In this document: positions 1 to 11,093 of the stretch, one piece after another | How the letters are laid out: every line of letters begins with the position of its first letter | How positions within the stretch are numbered: the first letter of the stretch is position 1 | NCBI GenBank assembly: GCA_017531985.1 | Contig: JAFXJY010000036.1 | Span: 2,298 to 66,297 of the forward strand | Length of the DNA stretch: 64,000 bases | Source: Bacteroidaceae bacterium | GTDB lineage: Bacteria; Bacteroidota; Bacteroidia; Bacteroidales; Barnesiellaceae_A | Reading direction: 5' to 3' | Notes under the pieces: model-generated | Database searches by the model: none | What the model was told of the DNA's origin: nothing | The model's input: only the letters and a program-made list of their open reading frames with translations | Translations under genes and position numbers: made by a program

Positions 1-754
1 TACCTGTTCGTGAAACGGTAGGAATCATGGGTACACCTATCATGTCGCCCAGCAATTTATAGTCAAGAGTTGTTCCACTTTTTTCTAATTCATCGTACAT
101 GTTCAGGGCTATCACCATGCTGTAATCCATGTCGATAAGTTCGGTGGTAAGAAATAAGTTGCGTTCGATATTCGACGCTACGACAACATTGACAACTATA
201 TCGGGCATTTCGTTATTTAAGTATCTACGCACATATAGTTCTTCGGGTGTGTATGTCGATAAAGAGTAAGTACCCGGTAGGTCGTATATATTAATGCGAT
301 ACCCTTTGTAGTCGAAGTGTCCGGCCTTGGCATCGACCGTAACACCGCTATAATTACCTACATGCTCGTTTGCACCCGATGCGACATTAAATAACGAGGT
401 CTTTCCGCAGTTGGGGTTTCCTACCAGAGCTATATTAATGATTTTACCTTTAATTTCGGCTGCATGTGCCGGTGTATATTCGTCGGTGGTTGTGCCATGT
501 GATGTAGGAGGTGTTACCGAGGCTGTTTCTTGTTCGGTTACCACTTCAATAAGGTTGGCTTCGCTGCGTCGCAATGACACTTCGTAGTCCATAATCTTAA
601 ATTTGATGGGATCACGCATGGGAGCATTTAACTCAGCGACAACCTCCTGACCGCGTACAAATCCCATCTCTATAATGCGTTTGCGGAAAGCTCCGCGTCC
701 CAGCACCTTAACGACAATGGCTTTTTCGCCTATTTTAAGTTCCGATAATCGCAT
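1..754 (-). CDS. feoB: Ferrous iron transporter FeoA-FeoB fusion, N-terminal part (the gene continues past position 1)
   Basis: Own translation from ATG at 754: MRLSELKIGEKAIVVKVLGRGAFRKRIIEMGF (FeoA-like), then a G-domain with GNPNCGKTSLFN (G1) and DLPGTYSL (G3). Absent from the ORF track because there is no stop in the window. Confidence 0.9.
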   Translation of the reverse strand, partial: MRLSELKIGEKAIVVKVLGRGAFRKRIIEMGFVRGQEVVAELNAPMRDPIKFKIMDYEVSLRRSEANLIEVVTEQETASVTPPTSHGTTTDEYTPAHAAEIKGKIINIALVGNPNCGKTSLFNVASGANEHVGNYSGVTVDAKAGHFDYKGYRINIYDLPGTYSLSTYTPEELYVRRYLNNEMPDIVVNVVVASNIERNLFLTTELIDMDYSMVIALNMYDELEKSGTTLDYKLLGDMIGVPMIPTVSRTG

Positions 755-770
755 TTCTATACCTTTTCAA

Positions 771-1358
771 TTATTCTACTTCTTTTATATCTATCAGATT
801 GTTGAGAATGGCATATACCGTCAATCCCGATACTGATTTAATACCGGTCTTGCGAGTGAGATTTTTTCGGTGAGTAATTACTGTATGTATCGATATGTGA
901 TATTGATCGGCAATGTTTTTGTTTGTCAGTCCTTTGGCGACAGCTATGAGTATCTCTTTCTCTCTGTCCGATAACTCGGTCGATTCGGTAACTTGTTCAC
1001 TTGATTCTAATAACTGACGTAATTTCAAGGTTATCTTTTCACGACTATCCGATATCTCAATAGTCGTCTTGAAGTAACGTAACACATCGGGATCAACATA
1101 TTGATATACCAATGCTGCAAAAGTTGAACCCGGCAATCGCTGTGCCAATTCATCCAGTTCTCCACGTCTTTTGATATCTATTATAGAGGGATTGATTATG
1201 ACAATATCGGGTCGCAAAGGGGCAACACGTTCAATATAGTGACCATCGGCAATAATGGCACTCACTTCATATCCTTTTATTTCATCTATCATCAGCCGTA
1301 ATCCTTGGGCTATCATGGAGTACGGCTCGATGATGACTATGCGTTTATTGTTTGTCAT
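771..1358 (-). CDS. LuxR-family transcriptional regulator with an atypical (pseudo-)receiver domain
   Basis: C-terminal LuxR HTH: LSDREKEILIAVAKGLTNKNIADQYHISIHTVITHRKNL. The N-terminal receiver-like fold has IVIIEP and IVIINP where the acidic pocket and phospho-Asp are expected. Confidence 0.8.
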   Translation of the reverse strand: MTNNKRIVIIEPYSMIAQGLRLMIDEIKGYEVSAIIADGHYIERVAPLRPDIVIINPSIIDIKRRGELDELAQRLPGSTFAALVYQYVDPDVLRYFKTTIEISDSREKITLKLRQLLESSEQVTESTELSDREKEILIAVAKGLTNKNIADQYHISIHTVITHRKNLTRKTGIKSVSGLTVYAILNNLIDIKEVE

Positions 1359-2058
1359 ATATGTTTTTTTCGAGGTGTTGTACCAATGGTATTAATACCA
1401 CATCTTCGATAAATGTGTGTCGACTCAAATCCTCTTCGAGTGAGAATATCTGAAATAATAACTCGGTTGTCTCTGATGCCATCCCTATACCACGCAGGTG
1501 CTTAACCAATATGTTTTTCAAGTCACTCAACTTGTCATCAATATTGCTATGATTTTCTTGAAAGTTCTCTATGTCATATCCTTGTTGACGCTTGTGGCAT
1601 GCCATAAGTGTGCGTATGTAAGGAAAAACGGTATTTTCCTCATATGCAAAGTGATTGATGACCTCTTGCTCGTATTCGGCAAAGAAGCGTTGTAATACTG
1701 CACTGTGCGACGAAGTGCAGTGTCCCGATATTTTCTTTAACTCTTCTTTGATTGGACGTATACGAGAGTTGATATAGTAGATGTGTGAGCGTGACAGATA
1801 GCTCAATAATTGCTCGGCATCTAATTGTGTAACTTCTTTGATGGTGGGTTTATAGTCGGTGTGTGAATATATGTTGCACATCATGACAAAAAGCGTAGGT
1901 GAGACACCTTGTCGAGTGCATTGTTCCATAACAGTGGTATCTCCTACTCCCAGTTCCATATTGAAACGAGGAAATAACAATAACAGATTATAGTCAGACT
2001 CGATAAGCTCTGCCATCTTCATTTGTGCAGTGTATAACGATGTAATCTTTTGTGTCAT
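1345..2058 (-). CDS. Hemerythrin HHE cation-binding domain protein (ScdA/RIC-like di-iron protein)
   Basis: Repeated H..E motifs: HFAYEENTVFPYI, HSNIDDKLSDL, HTFIEDVVLIPL. Overlaps the downstream regulator gene by 14 nt. Confidence 0.7.
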   Translation of the reverse strand: MTQKITSLYTAQMKMAELIESDYNLLLLFPRFNMELGVGDTTVMEQCTRQGVSPTLFVMMCNIYSHTDYKPTIKEVTQLDAEQLLSYLSRSHIYYINSRIRPIKEELKKISGHCTSSHSAVLQRFFAEYEQEVINHFAYEENTVFPYIRTLMACHKRQQGYDIENFQENHSNIDDKLSDLKNILVKHLRGIGMASETTELLFQIFSLEEDLSRHTFIEDVVLIPLVQHLEKNIYDKQ

Positions 2059-2087
2059 AAATATCCTTTTTCATCGGCTTGTTACAC

Positions 2088-2109
2088 CTTTGCAACAAGT
2101 GTTGCAAAG
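2088..2109. promoter_or_regulatory. Perfect 9-4-9 palindrome CTTTGCAAC-aagt-GTTGCAAAG, a candidate operator overlapping the promoter
   Basis: Read directly. The arms are exact reverse complements, and the right arm overlaps the minus-strand -7 box. Confidence 0.5.
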
Positions 2110-2112
2110 ATA
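2105..2112 (-). promoter_or_regulatory. Bacteroidota sigma-A -7 box (TAtcTTTG) for the hemerythrin-LuxR-feoAB unit
   Basis: The reverse complement of caaagata is TATCTTTG, matching TAnnTTTG. It lies about 47 nt upstream of the ATG at 2058. Confidence 0.55.
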
Positions 2113-2279
2113 GTTATTTTTCTTTTATTATTCATATACCACTTTTTAGGTATATTAGTGTAATATACTCGCATGATGTGGGGATGACGGTTGTTGCTTG
2201 ACTTCTATACTTTGAGTAGCGACAGTAGCAACCTATCTGTTTTTTTTATGTTGCTGCAACGATTTTGACTATAAAATAG

Positions 2280-3059
2280 TTATAATTGCGATACATTCGG
2301 TACATTTATTTGCTCAATATAATGTATAATTTCGGATGTAAATTGTTCTACTAATTCCGAAATAATCCCCTTTCGCCTATAATATATAGGATGGTATGAA
2401 TTGAAAATTAGAAGCGGTCGTTTGACTCCTCGTTCAAGTGTTGCTAATAGAGTAAATTTTGTTTTACTGTTCAATATGTTGTTGAAGTCGAAGATATTAC
2501 CAAATATCAAATCAAGCATGTCGGTATAATTTTTATTCTTCTCAATGTGTGCAAATGTAAATAGTATTATGTCGGGATTAAGAATCTCAATTTGTCTTTT
2601 GCTAAAATAGGCTAATTCCTTTTTCATACTTTCATCGCAGCCCGGCATTCCTTCTTCATAATATCCCAATAATGCAATGTTTGTTGCAGCAGTTCCTAAT
2701 ATTCCCGAATATTGAGGATATAATTTATTACTTCCTTCTGATATGGTTCTGATGCTTTCTACAAATTCCCATACGGCACTTCTGTGATTGTCATGCTCGG
2801 AGTATCCCCACTCTTTGTTAACAAAATTATCATAATGTTCCATCAAATCGTCGACAGTAATTTCGTCCCAGCCTTTTTCGATGGGTTTTGTTTCCCATCC
2901 ATTTGTTTCTTTTGCTACAATCAAGACTTTGATTGATGCTCTTATATATTCGGAGCTTACTTTTATCAGATAGGGTTTAGCATATTTACCTTCCTTTTTC
3001 GGAAGGTTTTTAGCCCATGTGAGGATTTCCTGATTTAGTTGGCGTAGTTTTTTATTCAT
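2280..3059 (-). CDS. Hypothetical protein, possibly a divergent uracil-DNA-glycosylase-superfamily fold
   Basis: 259-aa ORF with an ATG start and its own TAtaTTTG box about 50 nt upstream. The motif order KVLIVAKETNGW / ATNIALLG / QIEILNPDIILFTF / SYHPIYYRR parallels family-4 UDG motifs. Markedly AT-rich. Confidence 0.6.
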   Translation of the reverse strand: MNKKLRQLNQEILTWAKNLPKKEGKYAKPYLIKVSSEYIRASIKVLIVAKETNGWETKPIEKGWDEITVDDLMEHYDNFVNKEWGYSEHDNHRSAVWEFVESIRTISEGSNKLYPQYSGILGTAATNIALLGYYEEGMPGCDESMKKELAYFSKRQIEILNPDIILFTFAHIEKNKNYTDMLDLIFGNIFDFNNILNSKTKFTLLATLERGVKRPLLIFNSYHPIYYRRKGIISELVEQFTSEIIHYIEQINVPNVSQL

Positions 3060-3337
3060 GTATTATTGACTTCCCGGTAAACTGTATTGACTACCTTTGT
3101 TCGGTGCAAATATATACATAATATTTCTTTTGTAATAATGTCTAATATGCATATAATCAATGATATATATGACTTATTGTAATGCTTAATTAATAAAGTT
3201 TTTTTACCCTGACAGAATGTCTCAAATATCCGTTTGGCAGATGATTTAACGTTGAATTAATAGTAAATGCATTTTTTGTTAAATATTACTAATAGTAATG
3301 GGCTTGACGTTATAACAATATTGTTGTTAGTATCCAT

Positions 3338-3378
3338 GCAAAAAAAACAGGATGGACTCTGTATCGAAATCCATCCTG
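3338..3378 (-). terminator. Rho-independent terminator of glmM
   Basis: 9-bp stem caggatgga/tccatcctg followed on the minus strand by a U8 tract. Confidence 0.8.
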
Positions 3379-3404
3379 TATATGTTAGGGAATACAATAT
3401 ATCT

Positions 3405-4793
3405 TTATCCCACAATACTCTTAATTACCTCCATGACTCCAGCGGCGGTACGTTCGGCCTCGAATTCGCTGTGGGCCTCGGCATAAACGCGAATGATAGG
3501 TTCGGTGTTGGATTTACGCAGATGCACCCAACTATCGGCAAAGTCAATTTTTACACCATCAATATCATTAATCTCTTCGCCTGCATATTTCTCTTTAACA
3601 GCTAAGAGCAGAGCATCGACGTCAATATCGGGTGTGAGTTCTATCTTCTGCTTGGTGATGCAATATGGAGGATAAGTCGATTTTAATTCCGTAACGGTTT
3701 TCCTCTCGTGAGCCAAGTGTGAGAGAAACAAGGCAATACCTACAAGAGCATCTCGTCCGTAGTGACTCTCAGGGTATATTACACCGCCATTACCTTCACC
3801 TCCTATAATGGCATTGGTAGCTTTCATTTTTTCCACAACATTCACTTCTCCTACGGCAGCAGCATTGTATTCACAACCATGTTTGTGGGTAATATCTCGT
3901 AAGGCTCTCGATGAACTAAGGTTGGATACAGTGTTGCCCGGTGTGTGTTTCAGTACATAATCGGCAACTGCCACAAGGGTATATTCTTCAACAAACATCT
4001 CTCCGTTTTCGCAGATAATGGCCAAGCGGTCAACATCAGGGTCTACAACAAAACCTACATCGGCTTTACCTTGACGCATGACGTCGGCTATGTCGGTAAG
4101 ATTGGCGGGTATCGGCTCGGGATTGTGTGCAAAATGGCCTGTGGGTTCACAATTAAGTTCTACAATATTTTTTACACCCAAGGCTCGCAGTAGTTGGGGA
4201 ATGACAATTCCACCTACCGAATTGACACAATCAATGGCAACTGTAAAGTTGGCATCTTCGATGGCTTGACGGTCAACGAGTTGCAATGCCATCACTTGTG
4301 CAATGTGACGTTCGTTGTAGTCATTAACCTCAATAAGTTGTCCCAAATGGTCGACATCGGCAAATGTGAAATCCTCACACTCTGCTATGCGTAATACCTC
4401 TTCGCCTTCCGCTGCATTAAGAAATTCACCCTGACCATTGAGCAATTTCAGAGCGTTCCATTGCTTGGGATTATGGCTGGCTGTGAGGATGATGCCACCA
4501 CAAGCCTGTTCGCCTGTCACTGCAATTTCGGTGGTGGGTGTAGTGGCAAGTCCTAAATATACAACATCCCAACCCATACCCATGAGTGTTCCTACAACAG
4601 TGTGCATGACCATTTCGCCCGAGATACGAGCATCACGACCTACTACTATTTTGTTGCTTTTACCTTCACTGTTACGACGTATAAATGTGCTATAAGCTGC
4701 CGTGAATTTTACTATGTCGAGAGGATTAAGACCTTCGCCTACACTCCCTCCAATAGTTCCTCTTATACCTGAAATAGACTTGATTAGTGCCAT
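3405..4793 (-). CDS. glmM: Phosphoglucosamine mutase
   Basis: SGIRGTIGG N-terminus, TASHNP phosphoserine loop, 462 aa. Confidence 0.9.
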   Translation of the reverse strand: MALIKSISGIRGTIGGSVGEGLNPLDIVKFTAAYSTFIRRNSEGKSNKIVVGRDARISGEMVMHTVVGTLMGMGWDVVYLGLATTPTTEIAVTGEQACGGIILTASHNPKQWNALKLLNGQGEFLNAAEGEEVLRIAECEDFTFADVDHLGQLIEVNDYNERHIAQVMALQLVDRQAIEDANFTVAIDCVNSVGGIVIPQLLRALGVKNIVELNCEPTGHFAHNPEPIPANLTDIADVMRQGKADVGFVVDPDVDRLAIICENGEMFVEEYTLVAVADYVLKHTPGNTVSNLSSSRALRDITHKHGCEYNAAAVGEVNVVEKMKATNAIIGGEGNGGVIYPESHYGRDALVGIALFLSHLAHERKTVTELKSTYPPYCITKQKIELTPDIDVDALLLAVKEKYAGEEINDIDGVKIDFADSWVHLRKSNTEPIIRVYAEAHSEFEAERTAAGVMEVIKSIVG

Positions 4794-4801
4794 ATTGTTT
4801 A

Positions 4802-5371
4802 TTAAATATTAGATGGGAAATATCGAATATTATACAAATAAGGAATAACAGATGTAAGGTCGTTAAGCGAACCGGCTTTCGATTTTACAATCAAGTTGAC
4901 ACGACTATTCAGTGGAACATAATACAGAGGCTGTTGTACACCTTTACCGTATTGAGTAGTGGAATTTAATTCGGTATTTTGAAAATTGAACGAGTAAGCC
5001 TTGCTCAGTTCACTATCATTGCCCGAGGGAAGTTGGTCGACACCCTCAGCCCATGTAAGAAGATTAATGCGAGAATAGCGGAAGAACACAACTTCATTGT
5101 ACTGAGCCATTTCTCCATCTCCCCAATGCAATACTTGCATATATACATATCCATCTTCATCGAGCTTATAATAAGGAGCGTCTTCACCCACTATGAACAT
5201 ATTATCGGCAGGTATCTCTTCGATCACTGTTTGGCTTTCCAAGAATTTCTCTACTGCATCATTTTCTTCATCAAGAAGTTCGGCATAAGACTTGGTATCG
5301 TCACATGATGTAGCAAGTATGATACATGCTACCAGTGCGATAATGTTGCACATGAATTTCAAACTTTTCAT
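4802..5371 (-). CDS. Putative lipoprotein (DUF4827-like, family assigned from memory)
   Basis: Signal peptide plus lipobox: IALVACIILATSCDD. Follows nrnA with a 4-nt overlap. Confidence 0.55.
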   Translation of the reverse strand: MKSLKFMCNIIALVACIILATSCDDTKSYAELLDEENDAVEKFLESQTVIEEIPADNMFIVGEDAPYYKLDEDGYVYMQVLHWGDGEMAQYNEVVFFRYSRINLLTWAEGVDQLPSGNDSELSKAYSFNFQNTELNSTTQYGKGVQQPLYYVPLNSRVNLIVKSKAGSLNDLTSVIPYLYNIRYFPSNI

Positions 5372-6408
5372 TCTTTATCTTTTTCTTTATTATTGTTACA
5401 ATATATGGGTAATAACTCTCGATATTTGGCTATTGCTTCATCGAGTGTGCCGTAAAATTCACCTCCGGCTGCATTGAGATGACCTCCACCACCGAAATGC
5501 TCTGCTGCGATGGTGTTTACTGCAAAGTCGCCTTGTGAGCGGAATGAGAACTTTACAAATTCTTTATCTTCACGAATGAATGTTGAGAAATGTATGCCTT
5601 TTATGCTTAAAGGAACATTTACAAGACCATCACAGTCACCTTTCTGAAAGTTATATCGTGACATCTCTTCGTGTGTAAGATATATCAATGCAGCTCCATG
5701 CTCAGGGAACAGCTCCATCTTGTGGCAGATGGCATAACTGTTAAGTAACAACTTGTTAGCTGTCTGTGTGTTGCATGCGAGGGTGTATATGCGGTCCTTG
5801 TCTACTCCTTTCATTACCAACTTGGCAATGATTTCGTATATCTCAGGTTGGTTAGAGTTGTATGTAAAGTTGCCTGTGTCGGTCATCATACCGGTGTAAA
5901 TAGATTCGGCAGCAGCACGACTTAACATACGGTATCGCCCCATCTGCCATATAACACGAAATATCAATTCGCATGTCGATGAAATTTCGGGATGAGATAT
6001 TGTGAGATGGGTGAATGGTTCAGGATATAAATGGTGGTCTATAAGTATCTTATATGCCTCTGAATGTGCTACATATGGCGACAATTTGTCAATGCGATGT
6101 AGTGCATTGTAGTCAAGACAGAACAGCAAGTCGGCATTTTCTATTGCCTTGATGGCAAGTTCCGATTGTTGAGTATAGATAATGGTCTGTTTGACACCGG
6201 GCAAGAAGTGAAGGTTGCGTGGTATCATATCGGGAACGACAACAGTTGCAACCTTGCCCATTCGGCGTAGAAAGTGATATAATCCTAACGATGATCCGAT
6301 GGCATCACCATCAGGAGCTACATGGCAGGTTATCACTATATTGTTGTAACGCAATAGTGCGTTTGTTAATTCGTGTATTTTACTTTCGTCTATTATTGGT
6401 GTAATCAT
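5368..6408 (-). CDS. nrnA: DHH/DHHA1 phosphoesterase (NrnA-type oligoribonuclease / pAp phosphatase)
   Basis: Motifs HVAPDGDAIGS, IDHHL and GGGGHLNAAGG. Confidence 0.8.
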   Translation of the reverse strand: MITPIIDESKIHELTNALLRYNNIVITCHVAPDGDAIGSSLGLYHFLRRMGKVATVVVPDMIPRNLHFLPGVKQTIIYTQQSELAIKAIENADLLFCLDYNALHRIDKLSPYVAHSEAYKILIDHHLYPEPFTHLTISHPEISSTCELIFRVIWQMGRYRMLSRAAAESIYTGMMTDTGNFTYNSNQPEIYEIIAKLVMKGVDKDRIYTLACNTQTANKLLLNSYAICHKMELFPEHGAALIYLTHEEMSRYNFQKGDCDGLVNVPLSIKGIHFSTFIREDKEFVKFSFRSQGDFAVNTIAAEHFGGGGHLNAAGGEFYGTLDEAIAKYRELLPIYCNNNKEKDKE

Positions 6409-6627
6409 GTTGCAAAAGTACGAAATTTAATCGAGATATAAGTACTAAAAAGCAACATGGTCTGATATATTTTGATAAACTTTATAAAAAACACTTTATT
6501 TATTCTTGTATGATACTCACATATAGGAGTTTGAACACCGAATAAGATATATAGAAAACTTCTATCTCGATTGTAGCTTCTATATATATTTAGATAGAGC
6601 CGACTTGGAAGATGATTTTAGGTATGT

Positions 6628-6683
6628 TTCTTATTTTCCCCTCTGGTGCAATGCGAGCATTATAACAGAGGAAAAAATAAGAA
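6628..6683 (-). terminator. Long imperfect hairpin downstream of thiF, a possible thi operon terminator without a U-tract
   Basis: 18-nt arms TTCTTATTTTCCCCTCTG / CAGAGGAAAAAATAAGAA with two internal mismatches and a 20-nt loop. Confidence 0.35.
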
Positions 6684-6751
6684 AGATACCTCCATATTTT
6701 CCTAAGCGACCGAAATAGAGTGTTTCGACAATCAATTTCTCATTCACCAAT

Positions 6752-7459
6752 TTATAGAAGTTCCTTGAAGTTTATTGTGTTGCTTTCCATTGTGCGAATG
6801 TCTATCATGAAAAGCTTTTGTATAAGACTATCCCCCACACCGGTTATCAACTTTATTACTTCGGTGGCTTGTATTGTACCTATGATACCGGGTAGAGTTG
6901 CAACTACTCCGTTTATAATATCGGGTTGCGAAATAGCATGTGTACGATCGGGGTATAATTGTGAATATCGCCAGTTGTAACGGGCATCGAATACCGACAC
7001 TTGCCCGCAATATTCGTTGATAGCTCCATATACATAGGGTTTGCCTTGCAAGGCACATACATCATCGATAGTGTAACGAGTATCGGCATTGTCACATCCG
7101 TCAACTACAATATCATAATCGGTTATGATAGAGGCAGCATTATTGCTATCCAATCGTGTGGGATATATGTTGAACGAAGTGTGTGAAGAGATTGAATGTA
7201 GATGTGTGTATGCACAATGTACCTTATCTTTTCCCACATCGGCTTCGTGATATAATACTTGTCGTTGTAGGTTGCTATGTGATACAACGTCATTGTCGAT
7301 AATGCCTATATGACCCACTCCGGCAGCTGTGAGGTATAGGGATATGGGTGAACCAAGTCCACCCACTCCTACTACAAGTACCCGGGCTTGCGAGAGTTTT
7401 GTTTGCCCCTCGCAACCGATGTCGGGTAACATGATGTGTCGTGAATATCGATTGTTCAT
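6752..7459 (-). CDS. thiF: ThiF/MoeB-family adenylyltransferase
   Basis: Rossmann motif VLVVGVGGLGSPISLYL. The ORF-track start at 7471 is a TTG, so I prefer the ATG at 7459 (MNNRYSRH). Confidence 0.8.
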   Translation of the reverse strand: MNNRYSRHIMLPDIGCEGQTKLSQARVLVVGVGGLGSPISLYLTAAGVGHIGIIDNDVVSHSNLQRQVLYHEADVGKDKVHCAYTHLHSISSHTSFNIYPTRLDSNNAASIITDYDIVVDGCDNADTRYTIDDVCALQGKPYVYGAINEYCGQVSVFDARYNWRYSQLYPDRTHAISQPDIINGVVATLPGIIGTIQATEVIKLITGVGDSLIQKLFMIDIRTMESNTINFKELL

Positions 7460-7467
7460 GTTGTTGT

Positions 7468-8577
7468 TCAATCAAATATTTTATCCCAATCCTTCCATAC
7501 GACCTCGTATCCGGCAGCTTTAATGGCGGCTTCTACTTCGAGGGGACTACGTTCATCGCTTACAGAGAATTGTTCCAATGCTTGCGGATGTGTATAATAT
7601 CCACCGGGTTCGGTTTTACTTCCGGCACTCATTGAGGTTGCTCCCAAGGTGGTAATGTGATTGCGGAAATGGGGCGTCTCGCGGGTCGATACCGATATGT
7701 CGACATCGTGATCAAAGATACGATAAGCAAATATCAGTTGTGCCAACTCTTTATCACTCATGATTGTATTAGGCTGGAAACCTCCGGCACTGGGACGCAG
7801 GCGAGGGAAATTAACACTATAACGAGTACGCCAGTAGTGCTTGCGTAGGTATAACAGGTGCAGTGCCATGAATGTGACATCGGTACGCCACTCTTCAAGA
7901 CCTATCAGTACACCCATGCCTATCTTGTGAACTCCGGCTTGCCCCATGCGATCATACCCATTGAGTCGCCACTCGTAGTTCGACTTCATTCCTTTGGGGT
8001 GATATATTTTATAATGCTCGCGATGATATGTCTCTTGAAAACACACAACTCCATTCAGACCGGCCTGTGTGAGACGATAGTATTCTTCGCTTTTCAGGGG
8101 CATTACTTCGATGGATAAGTTGTTGAAGTAAGGACGAACTGTCTGCAAGGACTTTTCGAGATACTCAACACCTGCATCGCGGGGATTTTCACCGGTCACT
8201 ATCAGTAGATTTTCAAAGGGTGCAAGTTGTCGGATGGCTTTACATTCTTGTTCTATCTCTTCTTGCGAAAGGATGGTGCGAGGCATAGGATTGTTGTGAT
8301 TGAAGCCACAATAGACGCAATGATTGCTGCATGAGTTGGTGATGTACATAGGAATGTACATTGAAATAACTTTACCAAATCGTTCTTGTGTATATTGTCG
8401 ACTCAGTCGTGCCATATCCTCGATATATGGAGTCGCTGCGGGAGAGATAAGTGCCATGAAATCATCGATGTTACATACTCTCTTTGATAGAGCGACTTCC
8501 ACATCACTACTATTTTTCGATGAGATGCGTTTGCTTATATCATCCCATGAATATTGAACTATTTCGTCTGAAAACAT
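7468..8577 (-). CDS. thiH: 2-iminoacetate synthase (radical SAM)
   Basis: CSNHCVYCGF radical-SAM CxxxCxxC motif within the thi operon. Confidence 0.9.
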   Translation of the reverse strand: MFSDEIVQYSWDDISKRISSKNSSDVEVALSKRVCNIDDFMALISPAATPYIEDMARLSRQYTQERFGKVISMYIPMYITNSCSNHCVYCGFNHNNPMPRTILSQEEIEQECKAIRQLAPFENLLIVTGENPRDAGVEYLEKSLQTVRPYFNNLSIEVMPLKSEEYYRLTQAGLNGVVCFQETYHREHYKIYHPKGMKSNYEWRLNGYDRMGQAGVHKIGMGVLIGLEEWRTDVTFMALHLLYLRKHYWRTRYSVNFPRLRPSAGGFQPNTIMSDKELAQLIFAYRIFDHDVDISVSTRETPHFRNHITTLGATSMSAGSKTEPGGYYTHPQALEQFSVSDERSPLEVEAAIKAAGYEVVWKDWDKIFD

Positions 8578-8588
8578 AGTAATACCCT

Positions 8589-10319
<1,731 letters not shown>

Positions 10320-11093
10320 TTAGAAATCGAGAAATGATGTTAGTGGACTGCTTGCATTGGCACATTGCGATTGAGAGCCAAGACCGGCCTCGTATGCCTC
10401 ACGTCCGGCAATGACTGCTTTACAGAATGCCTTTGCCATCACAACAGGATCGTTGGCTACTGCTATGGCGGTATTGACCAATACAGCATCGGCACCCATC
10501 TCCATGGCTTCGGCTGCATGCGATGGAGCTCCTATGCCGGCATCGACGATAACCGGAACAGTGCTTTGTTCTATAATTATTTGTAGAAAATCGCGAGTGA
10601 GCAGTCCTCTGTTTGTACCGATAGGTGCCCCCAATGGCATGACAGCAGCACTGCCGGCTTCTTCAAGTCGCTTACATAATACGGGGTCGGCTTGTATGTA
10701 GGGAAGAACGACAAACCCCATTTTGGCCAATTCCTCAGTAGCAAGTAATGTCTCGGTGGTATCGGGTAGCAGATATTTGGGGTCGGGGTGTATTTCAAGT
10801 TTGATGAAGTTGGTCTCGAAACAATCCCTAGCCAATTGTGCGGCAAGGATCGCTTCCTTGGCATTACGCACACCCGATGTGTTGGGTAATAACTGTACTT
10901 GATTACGATTAATGTGCATGAGCATGTCATCGTTGGTATTGGTCATGTCTATGCGTTTCATGGCCATTGTTACCATCTCTGTTTGTGATGCTTCAATAGC
11001 TTGTTGCATCAATGCATTGGAACTAAATTTACCGGTTCCTAAGAATAGACGTGATGTAAACTCGCGTCCGCCTAATACTAATTTATTCTCCAT
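10320..11093 (-). CDS. thiG: Thiazole synthase
   Basis: 257 aa, [18 protein letters not shown]-terminus, thi operon context. Confidence 0.95.
   Translation of the reverse strand: MENKLVLGGREFTSRLFLGTGKFSSNALMQQAIEASQTEMVTMAMKRIDMTNTNDDMLMHINRNQVQLLPNTSGVRNAKEAILAAQLARDCFETNFIKLEIHPDPKYLLPDTTETLLATEELAKMGFVVLPYIQADPVLCKRLEEAGSAAVMPLGAPIGTNRGLLTRDFLQIIIEQSTVPVIVDAGIGAPSHAAEAMEMGADAVLVNTAIAVANDPVVMAKAFCKAVIAGREAYEAGLGSQSQCANASSPLTSFLDF

Noticed and set aside
3267-3605. 112-aa plus-strand ORF at the glmM 3' end
   Set aside because: It runs through the glmM terminator hairpin and then antisense into glmM. Implausible composition.
6413-6420. TActTTTG box only 5 nt upstream of the nrnA ATG, suggesting a leaderless mRNA
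   Set aside because: Possible, but a single motif match this close to the start codon cannot be told apart from chance without TSS data. Not reported as a feature.
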